Origin: Kondoa subrosea
Lineage: Eukaryota
Assembly (NCBI GenBank): GCA_039545335.1
Contig: BCIN01000002.1
Location: 1,625,118 to 1,689,117 of the forward strand
Direction of reading: 5' to 3'
Length of the DNA: 64,000 bases
The notes below the pieces were generated by a model. That model had not been told where the DNA came from. It saw only the letters and a program-made list of their open reading frames with translations, and searched no databases. Below, piece by piece: positions 26,623 to 39,099 of this stretch (the stretch's first letter is position 1; every line of letters begins with the position of its first letter). A program made the position numbers and the translations under genes.

Positions 26623-28108
26623 ATGGTAGATACAGCTTTGGCATGTCAGCCTACTGCGACTTCGACAGTATGGTCGAGCTTGACCATCGATGTCCCCGTC
26701 GAATCCATTATTACGAGCATATCAACAGAAGTACCGGATAAGGTGTGCTGGAGCTTCTGTCGTACCGATCAGGCTTACTTGTATTGCCAGCTGGTCGTAA
26801 GCGAAATTGCTCAGACGACTCGCTTTTGTCCTTTTGGTCGTGCTGTTCAAGCTGCTTGTACCGATATAGTACAGACTGTGACAACGACTCTCGAGCCTAT
26901 GGAGAAAAGGTATGTTCTTGTCGCGCAGTGCAAACAATCGGCTCATTCTTTCTAGGCAATCGACAGTGCTCAGCACTGCCACTTCCCTGAGCAAAGTCGT
27001 TACATCTGTACCAGTTTCGACTCTCTTTGCGCCATGCCCGACTCCTTCACAACCTTCTGCGCAGCCGGAAAGCTCTACCGCGCAAGCTTCCTCGCCATCT
27101 CCCAGCGCTGCTTCTGTCTCTTCAGCTCCTAGCTCCTCTCAGATCACGAGTACCGTCATCTCCACCAATGTGGTTACATTTATAAATCTCATTACACCTT
27201 CTAGTAGCCAGGTCACTAGTCTTACCAGTAGCTCTGTCTCCTCTGCAATTTCTTCGTCTCCTCTCACTACATCTACTTCCACATCTATGTCGACTGTCGT
27301 CCTGCCAGAATCTACTCTTCCAGTCCTTTTGCCGAGCAGTAGATTCAATAGCACACTATTGGATCCTCCTATGCCGAAAACAGAAGCAGAGAACAATGTT
27401 GGGGTCATTGTTGGCGCTATTGCTGGCTCTTTGGCTGGCATACTTCTTCCTCTGGCTCTTGTTCGCTTCCTTTACAGGCGATTTGCGCGCAACAAAGAGT
27501 TGGAAGATTTGGATGCCTTTTTCAATCAAAGTCAAAACCACCGATCCAGCTTGGACCAAGATATGGACTATCACGTACAGAGTGTAGATGATGATCATCC
27601 AGGAGAAGAATTCGTACAAGGATTTAAACCTCAAGGACACAAGAAGAGCAATTCTATCAATTCTATCTCGAAAGACGATACGATCTTCATGGTGGAAAGA
27701 AGACCTTCTTCAGCATACAGTATTCCAGCTTCATATCAAGCTTCTACTTCAGCCGTTCCTCATACTGAAACAGCCTGGCAATCACCTGAACAAATTCGAG
27801 ATGGTCGAAATTCAGTTTTGCCTCAAGTCCGGTACAGCCATAGTCGACAATCAAGCTATGATCTTCGAGCCAGCAGTGTCTATAGTACCGATTCGCCAAA
27901 TTTTGCAGGCATCGGTAGTCATTCATCTTATGTTCCGCCATTACCCACTCAACACTATGTTCGCTTCGACACACCTGCTTCTTCTTCTGCTTTTACTTCT
28001 CAAGAAGATCATCAACTCGTCATGCCTGATTATGCTGGAGAGGGGTTGTATTCCCCCATACAGCAAATCGTTGGTCAGCAAGGGAAGCTTAGAGTGATTA
28101 ACGATTGA
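26623..28108 (+). CDS. Ser/Thr-rich single-pass membrane protein (Mid2/Wsc-like architecture)
   Basis: Long S/T-rich region, one TM (VGVIVGAIAGSLAGILLPLALVRFLY) followed by RR, and a cytoplasmic tail; the start codon is uncertain. Confidence 0.65.
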
Positions 28109-28388
28109 ATGGGACTGATTGTACAGATTGCGAATGCATACTTCGCAGAATCCGTGCACTGGAGTGATCTAATACGAGATTGAAGTCACGAGTAGAGGAA
28201 AAGAGCCATCCGCGGTACAATCGTGCAAACGCAACTCAAAGAGATCAGGGCAAAGAATGTTAAGGAATGGAGCTATTCAGAAACTGTATTATAGCAGGAG
28301 GGTGCTTGAGTAGTCTGCTGCAGCATAGTGGCTGATAGAGACGAACCCGATCTCAGCCTTGTCCAATCAAAGGTTGTCGAAAACAACG

Positions 28389-30004
28389 ATGGTTTCCTCC
28401 AGCCTTACGCACAAGATGCTCAAGTCACGCACACAATTCACATTGTTGCCTACAACCCGGAGTTCAGCATATGGCGTTCCTCAAGGACCTCGCTTGAATT
28501 TGGGTGCTCGATGGGCTTCAATGCATGAAGAGGATCACGGAGAGCCTTTAGGCCACAAATTACGCCATGATACTCGCCTACCCTCTTTTTCTACTACCAA
28601 CACTGTCAAGCCAATCATTGGTTTGTTCAATAAAAGCCCTTTGAATGGTGAGCTTGAAATTAGTGCTCTACCTCTGTTCCTCCATCTTATGACTATATCT
28701 CAGCCAATGTTACTACTCCTGGTCGAAGGCTCTTCTCTACCACCTCTTCAACTGAAGCAGGATCAGCAACTTCCATGAATCCAAAATACGAACCTAAATC
28801 TCTAATGCAAGACAATGATCGCTATTCACCAGCTGTGCCCGATTACTCGAAATATACTTCAAAGAGATCAGAACAATCTGGTCGAAATTTTAGTTACTTT
28901 GTTATTGGTTCAATGGGTCTCTTGACTGCTGCTGGAACTAAATCCGTCGTTTCGGATTTCGTTGCCAATTTGTCTGCTTCGGCTGATGTATTGGCTTTGG
29001 CTAAAGTGGAAGTCGATTTGGCTTCTATTCCTGAAGGTATGTTTCTGATCAATATAGTCAGATTGCCGTATGAAGAAGCTGATTGGTTTGAATCATAGGT
29101 TCGTGAAGATACATGCTCTTTTGACTTATGTCTCAAATGACGCTGTAATCTCGTGAACAGGCAAAAACGCAATTATCAAATGGAGAGGAAAGCCAGTCTT
29201 TGTCCGCCACAGAACAGCAGACGATATCAAAGATGCCGAATCAGTTGACATCAAGGCTCTGAGAGATCCTCAAGCAGTGCGTTGATCCTCTGCTTCTTGA
29301 AAAATGATGTACTCAAGGTATTGGGAAACAGGACAAGGACCGAGTCAAGAAGCCTGAATGGTTGGTCATGTTGGGTAAGCAATCTGCCAGTACACGTCAA
29401 AGCCGTAGCTTATGGACTTTTGATCAGGCGTATGCACGCATTTGGGATGTCAGTAACATTTTCACCAAACGAAAGCCTTTCCTGATTTGGTTTCCTCTCA
29501 AGGTGTACCGATCGGTGAAGCTGGGTAAGTTTACGAGGAACACAAGTCGTTCTAGTGCTGATTTGCGTTCGGCGAACTTACAGTGATTATAAGTGAGCTT
29601 TGGTGAAAGGAGAATGTCAATTTCTGCTGACCAACTCGTGATTCTAGTGGATGGTTCTGGTACGCCTACGCACTTCATGTTACGCGATAGTCGCTAAACT
29701 CCTTCTGATCAGCCCTTGCCACGGCTCGCACTGTATGCTATGAAGTATCGCTTGGCAAATTTCTGAGTACTGAGAAACACTTCTACAGACGACAGCAGTG
29801 GAAGAATTCGCAAAGGTCCAGCTCGTGAGTTGCTGTTACTATATGACAACAGCGATGCTTGAACTGATTCAATCCCATCTTTAGCTTTGAACTTGGAAGT
29901 CCCTGGTTAGCTTTTCCTTGATCTTGCTCTTGAAAACTCTTCTGAGCTTGACGGACGTCTATTCAGAATACGATTTCCAAGATGACAAAATGATCATTGG
30001 TTAA
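28389..30004 (+). CDS. RIP1: Ubiquinol-cytochrome c reductase Rieske iron-sulfur subunit
   Basis: Spliced product has [52 protein letters not shown] and RIRKGPAPLNLEVP. Confidence 0.95.
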
Positions 30005-30517
30005 ACACTGTCATTTCATTTGCGGGCGCTTATGTAAGCAAAGTATTTCCTCATACTGAGCGTACAGTAGCAAGCAGTGGGATGAGTAGAGTAGAATGGG
30101 TAGTCCTTGTCTATTCATGCATTGCAAGATTCTTTTGTTTAGCACGCAATCTCAGATCTCTCAACACGAAATTGCGTCTCTTGTTCAGAACGACAGCTCA
30201 AGCTACTTCGACAGGTCAAATCGCCTTATTACAATGTACAGATGATGTTCCAAATCCTATCCAGCCTATATCTCATCGACCTCGCAGTGCGAGCGAGGCA
30301 GCAGGCGAAGCATTTGTCACGGTTCACTGTCTTTTAGAATGGCGATGCCTTATGGGACTTGTTGAGCGCTGCTCGTTAAGGACTCCGTACTCTCTTTGAA
30401 CAGCTTTACGTGGATGCACAGCGTTGGCTCAAAAGTCCTTCAAAATTACCCTTCCTCCCTTTCTTCACCACTAGAGCTTTCTATTTCACTCGTCGCTATT
30501 TCTTCTCTCAGACAATC

Positions 30518-31569
30518 ATGGTAATTCGAAAATCTCTGTCGTACAGCTCTAAAGGACTAAAACTTTCGTTACAGCTTCAAACAATCTACTTCGGCAGGCA
30601 TGGAGACCGTCCTATGAACCTCTTCACCACAGAGCCAGCTACAGAGATCAAGGGAGACGTTGCGTTGACTGAGAGAGTAAATTTCCCTGCTGACTTGCTA
30701 GTATCTCCGCTGATCATCATTTAGGGAGAGCGCCAAGCTCAAGAGTTGGCCGACCTCTTCATTCGAGAACGCATCGAGGTCGATCAAATCTACTCTTCTC
30801 CCTACTACAGAGCTCTTCAGACTATTTACCCCTTGGCTGAAGCCCTTGATAAGCCAATTCACATTGAGTCTGGTTTCGGCGAAGCTTTGTTGGATGATGG
30901 TATGTCTTTAAAAGAGACTTCGTTAAGACAAAGCTGAACTCAATTAACAGATCATCACCCCTTCATGCCCTTCAGAAAGTCTCTGCGCGATCATTTCCCA
31001 AGAGTTGCTGCAGCTCCTGCTTCCAACTACCATACTGACAGGAAGCAAGAGAACGTGGTGAGTTTCAATACGCATTGTGTTTGGTGCTGCTCCTGCTAAC
31101 ATAAGGCCGAAAACAGGACACATGCACAGAAAGAATGGAGAATGTCTTTACTCCTTTAATTGCCAAGCTCGATAAAGAAGGTGTTCAATCTATCATGATT
31201 GTATGTCTATGCTGCAAGTCGTTATTTGTCCCGCAGCTGATGAATTCTGCTAGATGAGTCATGGAACCCCGAACCATTGCATGGCTCGCGCCCTAATTGA
31301 CGACTTTCACAAATCTCATCCCAAGCTGACCTGGTATGTTCTGCCGCCAACACATTCCAATTTAAGTCCTAAATGCAGCGTCATCAATAGGTACATGTGT
31401 GGCTTGAGCAAGGCTGTTCGCCTGCCTGATGGAAAATGGAAACTTGAATGGCAAAGTCGTACCGATTTCCTAAGCGGTGAGTCTAACCTTTTGCCCGCCT
31501 CATTCTATTCTTACGAATGATTCAGATGGAGCTCTCAATGGCTTCACTATCGAGCACAAAGTGCTCTAA
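30518..31569 (+). CDS. Histidine phosphatase / phosphoglycerate-mutase-like protein, paralog 1
   Basis: ATG-only first exon, then LQTIYFGRHGDR, IYSSPYYRALQT, ESGFGE and MSHG. Confidence 0.85.
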
Positions 31570-31744
31570 GATCATCATCATAGATACCCGTATACGTATA
31601 CCGAAATATAGCTTCCTTTCCTTTTCAACGCTCGAATTCTCTTCCCTTTGCCTCTTTTGGTGTGATCAAATCGCTATTCCGATCTGTTAAGCAGATTCGA
31701 CATGCTTTCGGCCCTAGACATTATCGACGGTGTGATCAGCTTGT

Positions 31745-31960
31745 ACTGAAAAAGACTTCAAATTCTCCTTTTTCTTATTCTTTATAATCGTCAGAATCGG
31801 CAGGATATCGGTGTCCATTATAGCAAGTCTCTGATCACTGTTATTCTGTTGAAGTTCCAAGCAATCGATTTCGCTGAAGCTGATGACCGTCCAACGGATC
31901 TCTTCGCTGTTGTCGGCTACTGTGAGCCCTGGTCAATTTGCCTTGGCATCAACGGTATGT
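31745..31960 (+). pseudogene. Decayed 5' fragment of a third histidine-phosphatase copy
   Basis: 31855 onward reads FQAIDFAEADDRPTDLFA versus LQTIYFGRHGDRPMNLFT in paralog 1; preceded by an intron-like acceptor; RHG lost, and no ATG or downstream exons found. Confidence 0.6.
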
Positions 31961-32145
31961 CGAAGATTGCTACGTTAAACGTTTATGGCTATACAGGTCG
32001 TGCAAGATGGCAATAGTCGTACTTTCGCTACGCATAGCCTGACCGGCGGTGAGAGTATTGCTTTGCTGTTCATCTTGTCTTCCCCTGCTTTTACACTTGC
32101 TTCTCTTCTTCTTGTCATTCACTGTCAACTAAGCTCTCGTTCCTA

Positions 32146-33094
32146 ATGCTGCAATCCATCTACTTCGTTAGACATGGCGATCGAGTAAGTCTTCAGTAAT
32201 CGGTCAGGCATTCGTCTGACTTTCCTGCAGCCCATGGACTTGAAGAGTAGCTCTGCAACTCATATTGCGGGTGACGTGCCTCTTACAGTAGCAGGCAAAC
32301 AGCAGGCGCAAGAATTGGCCGATTTCTTCACCACAGAAAAGTTCAGCATCGACAGGCTGTATTCATCTTCATGCTTCAGGTAAGCATGTAGCGCTCTCGC
32401 CTTACTGGCATCTGATCCGTATAACAGGGCATTGCAGACAGCTGCACCTTTAGCTGAAGCCTTGGATATGGATATTCTGGTCGAACCAGGATTCGGCGAA
32501 TTCATCTCAGATGATGGTGAGTCGGTTAAGCATTGACTTGCTGTGATCTCATATGGCCTGGATTAGGCGTTCATCCTTTCATTCCCTTCGACCCGAAATT
32601 GAAGGAAGTTTCCCTCGCATCTCCTCCACCTATCGTTCTTCCTAGACCTATCGCACCAAAAGAAAATATGATTATCCTGACTAAACGAATGGCGGAAGTT
32701 ATCGAGCCATTGATCGCTCAATTGGATCAAGAGAATGTCGCTTCCATCGCAATTATCACTCATTGTGGACCTGGACATGCTCTCACAGCTGCTTTGATGC
32801 CAAATCTCAGTCAAACTCACCCTATCTTGACTTGGAGCGTGTTCTTGGCCAAAGTCTCAGACTTTCTAGACTGACAGCCTCGATCATCGAACAGGTACAT
32901 GGGCGGTCTGACAAAGCTCGAGCGACAAAGTGATGGCAGCTGGATACTTCAGCAGGTTGGCAGTCGCGTACCGACTTCCTCTCAGGTCAGTGTCCGATAG
33001 AGTCATAATTACCTGTGCTCTTGAATTGCTCTGACGTATACGCGAACACGCTTTAGGCGGGCAAATGAACGGATTCACCATTGAGTGCAAATGA
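32146..33094 (+). CDS. Histidine phosphatase / phosphoglycerate-mutase-like protein, paralog 2
   Basis: MLQSIYFVRHGDR, LYSSSCFRALQT, EPGFGE and ITHCG; C-terminal NGFTIE shared with paralog 1. Confidence 0.85.
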
Positions 33095-33210
33095 ATAGAG
33101 AATCAGAGGATTTGTAATTGTCTTCCATGCGCAGAAAGATACGGTACTGCATTGTGCTTGACCCATTACTTCGAGCGCGATTTTGAGCCCACAAGCTCTA
33201 CTCAGCTAAG

Positions 33211-34727
33211 CTGGCTCCCTCAGGGCTCCCTGCACCTGTCACAGCCAACAGCGCGTCCCCGTTCAATTGCATAACAGAAATGTCAAAACTCATTTGCTTG
33301 AGCAGGGCGGACAAGGTCGAAAAGCAGAGATGATCTGTCCAGTCTACTGCAACAGCGATCACGAATCACAAACCTTGCTGTCGTTCTGCTAGCTGGCATT
33401 TGCGTCCTCAGCTTACTCACAAATGTTCGGCTCTACCTTGGTGATGTGGTTCGTCCTCCTTAGCTGCCTTCTTCCCTTGCGAAGATTATACTCACATGCA
33501 TCGTCTAGTTCCGACCGAGGCTGTCTTCCGCTTCAGCTATACCTATCTCTATTACGAGCACAATCGCAAATCATTCTTCCAATCTGGATCACCTGATCAT
33601 GGTACCGGGCCATGCTATATGGACAGGTCATGATTCGACCTACGCTAGGGAAGATGATCAATGGGTCCTAGAGCCTTTTCAGCGAGGAGGATCAGTCAAT
33701 ACGTTCATCAAACACATCCAAAAAGGGTCAGTAGCTGTACAACAGACGTTATAATTCACAGCTGAACGGTGTGATAGAGTTGAGCTTGCAACGCAGAATC
33801 CGTCTTCACTCCTGGTCTTTTCTGGGTAAGCAGAAGTATTATATGTCGGTCGTCTTCTGACTACAGCAGGATGCAGAGGAATGACTCGATCGATAATACA
33901 AGCTACAGAAGGCGAGAGCTATTGGAAACTTGCTGAAGAATTGAAATTGTATCAGCAATACCAGCCAGATGCTTCCAGACCTTTCAATAGAGCAACAACA
34001 GAGCAATTCGCGCTGGACTCGTATCAGGTAGATTACGCTATCACTTACGTTCTGTTAGGTCTTATTACTGTCTACAGAATCTGCTTTTCAGTGTTGCGAG
34101 GTTCAGAGAGTAAGATAGCTACAGCTGTTTTCATCGCCGGACTGAATATCCTTCGCAGAGTAACAGGGCATTATCCTTCTTTCATCACAGTCGTTGGATT
34201 TGGAGTATGTCAAGAGACCTCGCGTGCTGATCCGCAACTTATTTCTACCGCAGATGAAAAGAAAGCGATTCGAGGAACTGCATCGCAGTGCTATGAGATG
34301 GCCAAAAGAAGCTTTCCAATATATAGGAATAGATGATGAAGGAGAAACAGGCCAGAGCTACACAGGAGAGGTAGGTAAAACTTCCATATTGGGTGCACGC
34401 CGACTTATGGTTGTTACCAGCTCGAATATGGCTTACAACCTTTCCAGCAAGACTTATATGGATGTCATGGTCTGCTACTAGATAAGCGGAAATCAAGAAA
34501 CCCATTCAAGTGAGTTCACGTTTCACTTCAAGTAGAAGCTTTCTGAGCAAGACTCTCTTGTATAGTCGATATCACCCGTAAGCCGTACCTGCTTTTCGAA
34601 GTTCTACATCCTCAGTTTTATCTGCAGCTATTATACCAGCGCGCCGGAACTGCATGACTTGCTGGCTTATTGCCCAAGTTCAACGATGAAATTCTCGGGC
34701 AGGCTACCTTGGAGGTCAAGGGATTGA
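33211..34727 (+). CDS. DUF218-family protein (YOR238W-like) with N-terminal signal anchor; start unresolved
   Basis: LDHLIMVPGHAIWTG, W.LEPFQ, LLVFSGG.T, TTEQFALDSYQNLLFSVARFRE, DLYGCHG..DKR..RNPF and LPW at the end. Confidence 0.8.
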
Positions 34728-34772
34728 AAGCATTAGAGATCAATAATAGACGTGCATTGTTATACTTTAGAT

Positions 34773-36409
34773 CTACTTCTGAGCTGCTTTCTTTGCAGAC
34801 ATTGTCTTCTTGGCTTCTGCTATCCTTCCACTCAATTGCCCTGCTTTGGCTAATTGAAGCAATACTTCCGCCGCTAGACCAGTACAATTGTGTCTTCGCA
34901 ATGTATCTGGTAGTAAATCAGCACCCATGACATATAATGGGCCAGGCGCTGCTCACTCTCGAAAGCCCATCGAGATCGTTTTTGCTGTTCATCCGACAAA
35001 TCCGCTTGCAATTGCGCGATTCGACCTTGCGCGTCGGCTTTTGCACTTTCGTCTGCTACGCTTTGGGTTGTAGCTATAAGTGAATCGATTTCGGACTGTA
35101 AGCTGGCTATTCTATCTCCGACAACAGCCATGAGATTGAAGTTTATCTGTAATATTGGGTGAGATTCGGGGGCTCGATTGAATGGAAGCGGACGTACTTC
35201 ACCAACTGCATAGGTTTGCATTCGAGTCTGTATAACTTCAGCTGCTTTATCTAGCCAAGCATCTTTTCCTCCAGGAATTGCGCCATGCGAGAGCGGAAGC
35301 GCTTTCAGGCCGTCGAACTCATACCTATGAGTCTTCCGTTGAGCTAAATCAAGGCAACTTGTTTGAATGCTTGCTTACAGCTCATCGCCTAATGGCATAT
35401 AAGCGCAATAATGGTATCTTTGCGTATGTCAACGATTTTTATGTGTAGATCGTCAGAAAGGGTGACTTACGCGTCTTCCTTCTCGTCGCGATCATTGCTG
35501 AGTTCATCCAACGCAAAAGGATCACTGCACTCATGGGTTAGATAAGCACAGCAACAATGAAGAAGGTGCATACTTTCTCGCAAAGGAATTGTGCACTTTG
35601 CACGTCCAAATCAGCTTATACATAGGAACATGGAAAGACTGCCAAACCTTCTCTAATCTTATCACTGTTTGTCAGGACATGACCTGTTGCAGCGATCAGG
35701 AATTGCGGTCCGTAGATGAACTTGCACTCACCTCTAGTCTCTGGATCGAGAGAGGAAGAGAAAGAATGCAGGTTCGAGAGTTCTTCACCTAGTTCGACTT
35801 TTGGTGATTCGATATTGAGCAGAACATTGAGGATTGCAACTGTGATTTGCATTAGTAGCGCAGATATCTAGCTTAGATCTGTACACACTAGTTGCGCAAG
35901 CGTTCGTTATCGTTTGTTGAGCAAAATAATGCTCTTGAGCAGGCTCTTTCAACGTTCCAGCGGATGGTGCACTGTGCGACTATTAGTCAATCGACAGCAT
36001 GATACGCGAAGAAGCAAACCCACGCAGAAGAATCTCTCCATTTGAACAGGAAGATCAAAGCATAGCTGGAACAAGCTCAGACAAACCGCTTTACGGGCAA
36101 TTCAAACACGACTAACACTGGCTTCAAATGCTCCAGTAAGGAAGGATCCAATCCATATAACTGTATACCAGTCGATTAGACGAGCTTCTCTGCAGCATCT
36201 CTCGTAGCTACCTCTTCAAACTCGATTCCCTTGACCCCTGAGCAGTTGCGAGTAAGCCGAAGATATGGCGCGCATTTTATAAGCATACCGAGATCTCTGT
36301 TGACAACACTAAAGCATCAGATAATGACACACACATTTCTGTTTCGTATAACTCACTCAACGAGCGCAGTGAAAATACTGGGATCGGAGACAGTCAACGA
36401 CCACGACAT
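34773..36409 (-). CDS. UCH37: Ubiquitin C-terminal hydrolase UCH37/UCHL5 (peptidase C12)
   Basis: SDP.IFT, ALIFLFKW, FAQQTITNACAT, VHNSFAR, DAYHY, YEFDGL and the C-terminal EN.LRRHN domain. Confidence 0.92.
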
Positions 36410-36717
36410 CTTGCTTGTATGCTCTGCGTCGATCAATACGGGTCAGCACGGGCTCTTGATCACCGTTTCTGACAAGATCACGAAGTGTACTTCCTCAAAT
36501 GCGACTGTCAGCCCACTTAAGCCTACTTGTTTTCTTGAACAGGCTACAGCTTCAGCTCCCACTAATTGTCTGCATCTGCTGCGTTGTGAAAATTTGCTGG
36601 TTTCCTTATTCCTGTGTCTAACATCGCATTCTTATCATTGAGCTGTGTTTGCTGTACGTACTACTGTATCGTTTTCCGTTCTCCTTTCCTTAACGCTCTT
36701 TACCAACGATGTTCCTC

Positions 36718-38784
36718 ATGTCTACTCATCACGATATTGACGACGAGAAGAAACCTTTGCTTGATCAGAGATCAGGAAAGCAAGCCAGATTGTCCTGGCC
36801 TGCTCGTTTCCTGATTGCCGCCTCCCTTGTACTCGTCTTCGCTACCTTGGCCACTCTTTCCGTTGTATCCCGCTCTCCATTGCTTCCTGATCTTTACGAC
36901 GCAACTGTATCAGATCTTCAAGATGGTTTGTCAGCAGGACATTTCACATCGGTTCAGCTAGTTCGGGTAAGTCTTTGTCTTGTTACAGTCTAGTATCGCT
37001 CAATCCCGGATAGGCATACCAAGCAAGAATGCATGAAGTGGACCATCTCAATGCGATAATACAGATTTCACCTTTTGCTGTGCATGAGGCGCGTGAAGCC
37101 GATCGACAGAGAGCCAAAGGAAGGTATTCGCCTCTCTTAGGAATTCCTATAGTGGTCAAGGACAATATCTGTACCGAAGGATTAAACACTACAGCAGGAT
37201 CTTATGCTCTTTTGAACACAAATCATAAAGATGCTGAGGTGATTAGGAAGTTGAGAGAAGCTGGAGCAATCATACTGGCAAAGGCTAACATGGATCAATG
37301 GTACATCTCTACATGCTCGGAAAGTCGGAAGCTTACAGCCGCACAGGGCTGCCTTCAGGGATTATAAAACAATATCTCAAGGATGGAGTGCCGTGGGTGG
37401 CCTGACGACAAGTCCTTTCTTCAAGAACGGACAGCCCCAAGGCTCTTCCGGTGGCAGTGCGGTAGCTGTGAGCATAGGTTTGTGTCCTATTGCGCTGTAA
37501 GCTGTGTGATTCTCACTTCACCAGTCATATCTGATCTGGATTTAAGGGGAACAAGTACAGGCGGGAGTGTAGAAGGACCAGCTTCACAAAACAATGTCGT
37601 GGGTATACGTGCGACTCAGACCGATGTGTCGCTTGATGGAGGTACGTTGCCTCCCGATCGAAACCCTTCAGTTCCGCTGAGATGCTAGCCCAGTTGTTCC
37701 CCTTACACATCGATCTGATGTGGTTGGACCTTTAGCCAATACTGTGGCAGATGCAGCCTTAGTGCTCACAGCCATCGCAAAGACTGGTGTCAATTACAGC
37801 CAAAGTCTAAGCACCGAAGCTTTGTCTGGCGTTCGCATTGGTCTTCTGCGAAACTCGGATTGGCAATTGGTCGACACTGTAAATCGACGAGAATACGAGA
37901 AGTCTGCAGAGCAGATCATGTCCAATCTGGGTGCGAAAGTCGTAAGTGTAGACCTTGCTTTAATGGACGAATTCCATGATTTGGTATGGGATAAAAGTAT
38001 GACAAAATTTACAAGTCTTCCCTTTCTTCGCTAAAGTATTCTCTTGTCGGCTCAGTTTGGGCTTGTGATTTCAAGCAAGATCTCGCATCATATCTAGAAA
38101 ACCTCGAGTAAGCCTCTTGACTTTGCGAGAGCGTGCTCTGATTACCGTATGTAGCTCTGTTCCTTCAGGCGTGCGATCAATTGCGGATGTTTTGGCATAC
38201 GATATTTCTCACCCAGAATTGGAGCGTCCTGCAACATACGAAAGCCTAAAATACTTGCTTCTTGCGAACTCTTCCGGGTCCGCTAATGATCCTGAACACG
38301 TAGTTCAGGCGGAACACCTGCAACAGCTCGCTCGTCGAATGATAGACGCGGCCCTTGTCAAACACAATGTTTCTGCTCTGGTCTATCTTGCTCCATTCAC
38401 CAGACCTTCTGCATATGCTGGTATGTGGCTGCTACATTACCTTTTCGACACTGATGACAAATGCCAAGGCTATCCGACTGTCATCGTACCTGCTTTCTTC
38501 CTACCTGCAGATGTCGAGCCAAGAATGTCTCAGCCTGAGATGCATCACCCTATCCAGACATACGACATTTATCCAAACCAGCCCTTTGGACTATCTTTGT
38601 GAGCTGACAGCTAGTTTCCCGAATTGCTTCGATTGCTAATAGTATGAATAGCACTGGAACAGCAGGAACTGATGCAGAACTCCTCGGCTTCGCATATGCC
38701 TTCGAGCAAGCTACGCAAATTCGTCTGAAACGCAAGACTTACCACGAGGCACAGCCTAAATCTCAGCTGGCGGATGTGAAGTAA
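36718..38784 (+). CDS. Amidase signature family enzyme with N-terminal TM anchor
   Basis: LLGIPIVVKDNI, TTAGS.AL, AGAIILAKAN, GSSGGSAVAV, GTSTGGSV and GYPTVIVP. Confidence 0.9.
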
Positions 38785-39099
38785 AGTGGTCGTGAGACTC
38801 AGTATATCCTGATAGAAGCTGAAGTGAGGTGAGGTGCTTCAAAGCATTGTATGGCAAATGAGCAGCTGGCGAGTATTCTATTGTAATGATATGCGCGTTG
38901 CGTGCACAAATCAGTGATGGCTATAAACCCAAATTGCCCGCTTTGTTCAAAATCGCTTGTCCTTTTTAACATCAATTTAGCAATAAAGGGTATAGCAAAC
39001 GGAAAGGATCGTGAGTGTTGTATTGTAATGTCTTGATATTTGAAGCTTGCAACCAGGTATCCCAGTGTTTGAGTCGAGACTTAGAAGTCTCGGCGTAAT

